Assembly: GCF_009914755.1 (NCBI RefSeq)
Contig: NC_060930.1
Direction: 5' to 3' (one strand)
DNA: 64,000 bases
From: the human T2T-CHM13v2.0 reference genome, Homo sapiens
Part shown: piece by piece, positions 54,422-64,000 of the stretch
Layout: each line of letters starts with the position of its first letter
How positions within the stretch are numbered: the stretch's first letter is position 1
Notes under the pieces: model-generated
The model's input: the letters and a program-made list of their open reading frames with translations, nothing else
What the model was told of the DNA's origin: nothing
Database searches by the model: none
Translations under genes and position numbers: made by a program

Positions 54422-56543
54422 TTTTTTTATTTATTTTATTTATTTTATTTTTATTTTTATTTTAGTATTTATTGATCATTCTTGGGTGTTTCTCAGAGAG
54501 GGGGATGTGGCAGGGTCATAGGATAATAGTGGAGAGAAGGTCAGCAGATAAACACGAGAACAAAGGTCTCTGGTTTTCCTAGGCAGAGGTCCCTGCGGCC
54601 TTCGGCAGTGTTTGTGTCCCCGGGTACTTGAGATTAGGGAGTGGTGATGACTCTTAACGAGCATGCTGTCTTCAAGCATCTGTTTAACAAAGCACATCTT
54701 GCACCGTCCTTAATCCATTTAACCCTGAGTTGACACAGCACATGTTTCAGAGAACAGGGGGTTGGGGGTAAGGTTATAGATTAACAGCATCCCAAGGCAG
54801 AAGAATTTTTCTTAGTACAGAACAAAATGGAGTCTCCTATGTCTACTTCTTTCTACACAGACACAGTAACAATCTGATCTCTCTTTCTTTTCCCCACATT
54901 TCCCCCTTTTCTTTTCAACAAAACCGCGATCGTCATCATGGCCCGCTCTCGATGGCCGCTGTCTCTTCGGAGCTGTTGGGTACACTTCCCAGATGGGGCA
55001 GCCTGGCAGAGGTGCTCCTCACTTCCCAGACGGAGCAGCTGGGCAGAGGCGCTCCTCACTTCCCAGACGGGATGGCTGGGCAGAGGCGCTCCTCACTTCC
55101 CAGACGGGGCGGCCGGGCAGAGGCACACCTCACCTCCCAGATGGGGTGGCGGCCGGGCAGAGGCGCTCCCCACCTCCCAGACGGGGTGGCCGGGCAGAGG
55201 CGCTCCTCACCTCCCAGATGGGGCGGCCGGGCAGAGATGCCCCTCACCTCGCAGACGGGGTGGCCAGGCAGAGGCGCCCACTTCCCAGACGGGGCAGCCG
55301 GGCAGAGGTGCTCCCCACCTCCCAGACAAAGGGTGGCCGGGCAGAGGTGCTCCTCACTTCCCAGACGAAGGGCGGCCAGGCAGAGGCGCTCCCCACCTCC
55401 CAGATGGGGCAGGCGGGCAGAGGCGCTCCCCATCTCCCAGATGAAGGGTGGCCAGGCAGAGGCGCTCCTCACTTCCCAGACTAAGGGCAGCTGGGCAGAG
55501 ATGCCCCTCACCTCCCAGACGGGGCGGCCGGGCAGAGGCGCCCACTTCCCAGATGGGGCGGCTGGGCAGAGGTGCTCCCCACCTCCCAGAGAGGGTGGCG
55601 GCTGGGCAGAGGTGCTCCTCACTTCCCAGACGGGGTGGCAGCTGGGCAGAGATGCCCCTCACCTCCCAGATGGGGCAGCCGAGCAGAAGCGCTCCTCACC
55701 TCCCAGATGGGGCATCCAGGCAGAGGCGCTCCTCACTTCCCAGACGGGGTGGCCAGGCAGAGGCACTCCTCGCTTCCCAGACGGGGCGGCCGGGCAGAAG
55801 TGCTCTTCACATCCCAGACGATGGGAGGTCAGGCAGAGACGCTCCTCACTTCCTAGACGGGGTGGCGGCCGGGCAGAGGTGCTCCTCACTTCCCAGACGG
55901 GGCAGCCGGGCAGAGGCGCTCCTCACTTCCCAGATGATGGGTGGCCAGGCAGAGACACTGATCACTTCCTAGACGGGGTGGTGGCTGGGCAGAGGTGCTC
56001 CTCACCTCCCAGATGAGGCAGCCGGACAGAGGGGCTCCTCACATCCCAGACGATGGGCGGCCAGGCAGAGATGCTGCTCACTTCCTAGACGGGGTGGCGG
56101 GCAGGCAGAGGCTGTAATCTTAGCACTTTGGGAGGCCAAGGCAGGCGGCTGGGAGGTGGAGGTTGTAGCAAGCTGAGATCACGCCACTGCACTCCAGCCT
56201 GGGCAACATTGAGCATTGAGTGAGTGAGACTCCGTCTGCAATCCCAGCACCTCGGGAGGCCGAGGCGGGCAGATCACCTGAGGCCAGGAGCTGGAGACCA
56301 GCCCAGTCAACACGGTGAAACCCCGTCTCCACCAAAAATACAAAAACCAGTCAAGAGTGGTGGCGCGTGTCTGGAATCCCAGGCACTCGGCAGGCCGAGG
56401 CAGGAGAACCACCGGAGCCCAAGGCAGGGAGGTTGCAGCGAGCCGAGGTCATGGCGGTACAGTCCAGGCTCCGCAAGAGAGGGAGACCATGGGAGAGGGA
56501 GAGGGAGAGGGAGAGGGAGGGGGAGGGGGAGGGGAAGAGGGGG
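54422..56543 (-). mobile_element. Full-length SVA retrotransposon (SVA_A-like)
   Basis: Read on the minus strand: CCCTCT hexamers 56491-56543, Alu-like domain ~56100-56490, VNTR ~54985-56100, SINE-R ~54464-54985, AATAAA (54468-54473) and A-rich tail; inner TSD tcatattttta 54411-54421 / 56544-56554. Confidence 0.95.
54985..56100 (-). repeat. SVA VNTR (~37-42 bp GC-rich units)
   Basis: Repeated gggcagaggcgctcctcacttcccagacgggg units; the source of the repetitive ORFs in the track. Confidence 0.95.
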
Positions 56544-56554
56544 TCATATTTTTA

Positions 56555-56593
56555 ATAGAGATGGGTTTTCACCATGTTGGCCAGGCTGGTCTC
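56555..56593 (-). mobile_element. Alu left-monomer stub on the SVA 5' flank
   Basis: atagagatgggttttcaccatgttggccaggctggtctc; bounded by the outer TSD at 56594-56611. Confidence 0.85.
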
Positions 56594-57208
56594 CCATAAA
56601 TTGTAAGTTCTGAGTCCTATTTTGCTTTTTATATCTCTAAATCTAGTGAGTTAACTTTCCTGGGTAAAAAATGAAGCTTTAAAATCTGAAGAGAATGTCT
56701 AGACTTTGAAAGGTAAGGTCTAAATTTCCTCAATAACCTAAAGAGCTTTATTAATTCAAGTTTTGAAAAGTTGAACCTAGCTAACATCAAAGAGTGTTAT
56801 TTATTTTGTAATTTTCACTGTGACATTTTCTTTTTCTGTCTCATAGTAGAGTTGATCATTAAATAAAGTAATAACAACCTAGTTGGTGACCACTACTATG
56901 GAGGAAAGAGAAAGTACTTTGGTTTATGAGAAATATATACATAAAACCACAGCTACAATTTAAAATCTGCCTTCATTGGAAATCAGAAAAATCCCAAATA
57001 ATGATGCAGTGTGACTAATATTTTCTAGAGAAGCCTATAAGACGTCATTTAAACATCATGGATTTCATGAATTTTGCTTTATTTCATATGAATCCCAGGG
57101 CACAGCCAATGCAAGGGATAAAGATATCATTCATCATGATCTAGCATCTAAATAAAAATGGTTTTACCCCACTGCCAACACCTATGTTTATTTAAATTTA
57201 AAACTGTT

Positions 57209-57473
57209 GGCCAGGCACGGTGGCTCACACCTGTAATCCCAGCACTTTGGGAGGCCTGAGGTCAGGAGTTCAAGACCTGCCTGGCCAACATGGCAAAACC
57301 CCGTCTCTACTAAGAATACAAAAATTAGCCAGGCATGGTAAAGAGCACCTGTAATCCCAGCTACTCAGTAGGCTGAGGCAGGAGAATCACTTAAACTCGG
57401 GAGGCGGAGGTTGCAGTGAGCTGAGATCGGCCACTGCACTCCAGCCTGGGTGACAGAGTGAGACTCTGTCAAA

Positions 57474-57512
<39 letters not shown>

Positions 57513-57514
57513 AA
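57209..57514 (+). mobile_element. AluSx/Sz-like with a ~17-nt internal deletion and (AAAT)n tail
   Basis: gggaggcc|tgaggtcagg lacks the gaggcgggcggatcac segment; TSD taaaactgtt 57199-57208 / 57515-57524. Confidence 0.9.
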
Positions 57515-57808
57515 TAAAACTGTTATGACCTTTTCTTGCAGTTCTCTTCCTTTAAATTCTAACTTTTATTGCAGTTTGTTTTAATTTAAGCTAACCAGAT
57601 TAAATTCACTGGAATCTGAGAGGGGCAATTTTAATTAACTGTTCCAAGGAAAAGAACTATTGCTGTGTGGAGATTTCTGCATGAGTCATTTGGGTCATTG
57701 TCTCAGTGCACAGCAGCCAGCGATGTAGGAATAATTGTCCTGCGTTTGGAGCAATGGTTTAAAAAATTACATCAATTGAATAGAATATGGCCTCAAAGGG
57801 CACAGATT

Positions 57809-58516
57809 TGCCAAATAAAAAACAAATCTGGACTTAGGTAAGGAGAGACTATTCGAATGGATTATTGCCAGGGGTAGAAATGAAGAGGCTATTGCAATAG
57901 AAAGGATGTTCTATCTGTGTTAGGCATCTCTAATTAGGCAGAAAAGGGCTTTTTTTTTTTTTAATAGGAGGAGTAAGCAAGGTTAGAGAGAACCTGGTGT
58001 AGGAAGTGGGGTAAATTCAAAGAAGGGGCGGAAGTGGCAGTGACAGGACAGTAGATCAAAGAATGTTTTGCCCTGAACTCAGCCTGTTCTTCGGAAGGAC
58101 TGTTAAAGAGTGGGTATATGCTGACTCAGACTAAGGGTGAATCAAAGTTCAGGGGTGTGGAGGAAGGAGAAAAGCTTAAGTAAAATTTGATCAAATCATA
58201 TTAATAGGCGTTTTCCTCCATTTGGTTAGTGAGAAAGACACAGTTAATCTAATCATTTATGAGGCAAAGAACAGAAATTTTGGAGGGTCTTTGACTGGCC
58301 TTATAATAGGTAAATAAGAGAGGTGCCCCTTCATCTTATCTAAGTCATTAGATAAGACTGTCTTCATTGGAAATCTAAAAAAAGATCCCAAATAAAGATG
58401 TAGAGGAGAAGCATTTCTTTGCAGTGATCCACTTCCTGGAACACAAAGTGTGGAAGGATTTCTTAGCCATTGCTATTTCCAGGATCACAGGGCTTAGGTG
58501 AAGTTCACCATTGTCA
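57809..58516 (-). mobile_element. Solo LTR, MER67-like (ERV1)
   Basis: Ends ...ccaggatcacagggcttaggtgaagttcaccattgtca (reverse of a TGACAATG..GAACTT..CCT start); homologous to 15374-16026. Confidence 0.65.
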
Positions 58517-58599
58517 GTGTGCACATGTCACAATAAGAGTTTTTCCCCCTCTATATTATGTGTAAGGCAACAAAAATTTTATAGAAACTTCTCCTACCA

Positions 58600-58774
58600 C
58601 GCAGTAGGCAGAATTCTAAGATGGTCCACAAGATTCCCAGCCCTTGTTGTACACACTCAACATAAATGCCTCCCCCTGAGTGTTAACAGAATGGTGACTA
58701 TGATGGAATATCATATTCACAACTATGGGCTAAAAGATTTTGCAGATGTATTAAGGTTCATAAGCAGTTGACTT
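58600..58774 (+). mobile_element. MaLR LTR 5' fragment (MLT1E-like)
   Basis: gtaggcagaattctaagatggtcc...gattttgcagatgtattaagg...cagttgactt. Confidence 0.7.
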
Positions 58775-59209
58775 CTCTCCAGCAAAAAGAATCCAGAGGT
58801 CTTTCCATCAATTATATTTAACATAAATCTGCATACTAAGCAGATCCCTCTCCATTTGTCTACTCTATGGAGCCCAGATAGCACAATAGAAATACTCATT
58901 CAGCATTGTAAGAAACTAAATTGCAAGCAGAGGTTGAAAACGAAATGAATTCCTTGTTTCACCCAGCAATGAAGAACCCTACTCTGAATTGGCACTGGCC
59001 CTTTTGTATCATTGAACTGCATTTCTTTTAATGCCAAATAAGATTACATTGTCTCGAGTTTTTTGTTTTTTGTTTTTTTGTTTTTTTTTTTTTAATGAAT
59101 GAGATATGTTTTTAACGTTCTTGAGCATGGAATTACCAAACATAGGAAATAATGGGAATTGAGTGTGGCTGGTGGAGTGCAGGTTTTTCAAAACCTTCTT
59201 CTCAGGCTG

Positions 59210-59375
59210 TGCATCTCTGGGCAAATTCTGAACTTCTCAACTCCTCTCGTTTCTCATCTACAAACTAGGAATGACAGTACCGTCTTCCCATGAGATTATA
59301 AAGAATAAATGACATATTCTATTTCTATGCATATTTATAATGCTTAACTAGCATCCATAGCTGCCAGTTATTATT
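59210..59375 (+). mobile_element. MIR
   Basis: ctgggcaaattctgaacttctc...tttctcatctacaaactaggaatgacagtacc. Confidence 0.65.
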
Positions 59376-61989
59376 ATACAAAGAAGTATTATAAAGAAGT
59401 GATAAAGAATATTAGTTTTATTTTTCTGATTTTAAATTTTCTCCCTTGATTTGAATGTTACCTTAGTTAAAATTCTTAATGTTTTGTTGTTGTTTTCACT
59501 GGTGGTGGTATTGGCTGTTTTAACTGGTTAGTTTTGGATTTTGTTTTGTTTTACTTTTTTGCTTTCATTATTGTTTTTTAATTCCAGTAGAGGCATAAAG
59601 AAACAGATTTTAGAGAGTTAAAGGTTAACTTTTAAAATCAATTTACTAATAAAATGCTGTTTTATTCAAGAAAAAAGAGGGCAGCCTTTGTTTAGAGGTA
59701 ATAATGAAACAACAAATGAATTTGTCAAGTTGCTGAAGAGATGTATTCTGAGGTAAAAAAATATAGAACAAATCATATATTAGAACAAAACATATTTGAA
59801 GGGATTTAAATGCCTTGTCTATTTTATTTTGCTAGGGCAAAATAGACATAATTGCTCTTATAACTGCAATTGGAATGACCTATGAGTACAAAAGTAAAAT
59901 AATAAAATTAAGAAAAGTTTTTTCCATAAAGACCAAGTAAGAAAAAATTCACCTTTAATTTCTATTTCTTTAGCTAATAATGCTGCTTTTTTTCCTAGGA
60001 GTCAGTAGCCTAGAAAAGCCTTTTAAAGTGAATTTGTGGGCTCCAATTTATTTTCATTAGCTTTGATGTTCAATTAAAAATTATCTGTCCATTCAATTTT
60101 TCAAATGAACATAGGAGTAATTGTGTTAATGCTAAATTTTAGAAAATTTTTTGGATTCTTTATTTCAGTATTAAATAACAGCTACCACCAGCTGGTAGCT
60201 AAAGCTAAAGCCTAGGAAACCCCTCTAATTGAAAACCATCAATACTGACACTCCTTAAATTAATCAGAGAATTGAAAAAAATCCAAAAGAGAGTATTCAG
60301 ATTAAAAGTGGTTAGCATAATAGAAGTAATTTGGATATCCAGATGTATGGGGGGAAAAACAACACAGGAGCAAAGAAGAAGGAAGGAAAGAAACAACGAA
60401 CTAATCCTCAGGAATTTTCTTGTTTAAGCCATGCAACTTTTCACCCATCCTAATGGTAAAACCTCTTTCAGGCTATAACCTGGGAAAGTACCTATAACAT
60501 CACATTCTTTATTTGTACCTAGGATCAACCTACAGTAATGTACATTTGTGATTAGAAAAAGGAAGTTCAAGGTTATTTCATAATTGATGGAATTTTTATT
60601 GCCTTTGTTGTCACATATTTTTATGCGCATATTACAATATGTAATATTCCAGCCACAGAAATCAAATCCAGGCAATCCATTCCAGTACTTTCTTCCTACA
60701 GATGGGATATGGGTGTAGACAGGCAGAATAATTTACTGGGGATGACAAAACCCTGATGACAACTTACAATGCCCAAGTTTATTGTCTATGCAGGCACCTT
60801 TAGTTATTATTATGCAATTTCAGAGTACTTTATAATTGAGTTTCTGATTAAAATTCATGCGGGAATGATTCATCATCCTACTGAACCAGATTTCTATTTT
60901 GCTTTTTTCTTTTATTTTTCTCACTAGGGTTCTTCAGTTTCCATCTACTGATATTTTATTATATTCCCTATTGCTATAAACTAGTGCTCCTAGTTCATTT
61001 CTCAGCTGTTCCACTAATTTGATATTTACTCCTATTCAGATTCCCTAATAAAAATGCTAACTATGATCATATCTAAGAGTGACTGCTGTGGCACCCTACA
61101 AGATCCTTCCTACCTCCAACTGGACCTACTCACATTTATCATCAAGCTTTGATTCTTCAGTCAGATTGCAATATTCCCAACTACCCTTCTTTAAGCCTGC
61201 TAAACACAAATTGGCAAATAAATCCAATTTGAAGCATACTCTGTCAATTATTCTAGAAAGCCTCAGATGCAGAGCCACCTTCTCATTTACTAATGTAATA
61301 CTAATGACAAAGAAAAAAGTTGAAGATAAAATAGAATTTAAACTTACCTATTCTCATAATTGCTTATCTTATTGTTTCTATGTAATAAACTTTTCTATAA
61401 TTACCTCTCCTAATAGTAAAGACTTTGTACATTTACCTATCTTTCATGACGTGCAAATAATAATTCTATGCTTCATGGAATTCTTGCCTTTTGTAATCTC
61501 TAAAATTGATTTATAAAGTGTGTTAAAACATGGACCTTATCTCCTGACTCTATTTTGGTATCCTTGAGCATTCTTATTATTTTTACTAAAAGCTATTTTG
61601 ACAAATCTATTCATACTATAAAGTAATTGTTTAAAACTATTTTTTGCTTATTGACTTAATGAGCACAACCCACTTGCTTTTTAAAAATCCTCATGTTCAC
61701 CACATAGTCTTCACCTTATTTGTGAGCAGCTTTTTTCTTTCAAATCTTACTTTAGTCATCCAGACTTTATGTTACCACTAAATATTTTTTTTCAATATAA
61801 TAGATTTTATTAGGGCTTTTAGTAGAAGCATGCTATTTTCTACCATGCTTATAATTCATATAATAGATATTTCATAGCTTTGTGGAATTTTTCCTTGATC
61901 TCATTGGGAATATTAGAAAATTAATCTCATTCACCAGAAATATTACCTGAATAATTCTTTTTTTTATGGTTAATAGATTTTTTTTAAGT

Positions 61990-64000
<2,011 letters not shown>

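Noticed and set aside
54938-56016. Long overlapping ORFs (up to 354 aa) on both strands
   Set aside because: Translations of the GC-rich, stop-poor SVA VNTR; repetitive peptides with no gene structure.
60180-60200. 8-bp hairpin AGCTACCA-ccagc-TGGTAGCT
   Set aside because: Stems of this length are expected by chance in 64 kb, and there is no transcript context.

Overview
AT-rich primate genomic DNA from a hominoid (an SVA and L1PA2/L1PA3-type elements are present; human is likely but cannot be proven from this sequence alone). The first ~12 kb holds the last two coding exons and the 3'UTR of ADGRB3/BAI3 on the + strand (...[14 protein letters not shown]...EGDFQTEV*, ending in the PDZ-binding QTEV). 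The other ~52 kb is downstream intergenic sequence dominated by transposable elements. These include a full-length old L1PB (31.3-39.2 kb) hosting a twin-primed L1PA3-like element and an AluY, an SVA_A-like element (54.4-56.6 kb), a minus-strand L1PA2-like 3' end running off the window, about 11 Alus or Alu fragments, Charlie1a, Tigger4, MaLR/ERV solo LTRs, and L2/MIR/CR1 relics. No other protein-coding gene is supported; the long ORFs in the track derive from L1, Alu or the SVA VNTR. I do not see a new multi-gene system. The most interesting signals are mechanistic footprints: (1) an SVA with two nested TSD pairs, suggesting simultaneous 5' and 3' transduction from a source copy sitting in an Alu linker; (2) a twin-primed L1 that replaced ~300 bp of its host and left a fold-back filler; (3) a ~125-bp micro twin-primed L1; (4) a perfect DR5 nuclear-receptor element created by an 11-bp tandem duplication in an ADGRB3 intron; (5) a 3'UTR with clustered neuronal miRNA and Pumilio sites. 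Repeat subfamily names come from recalled diagnostic motifs and need RepeatMasker/Dfam confirmation.
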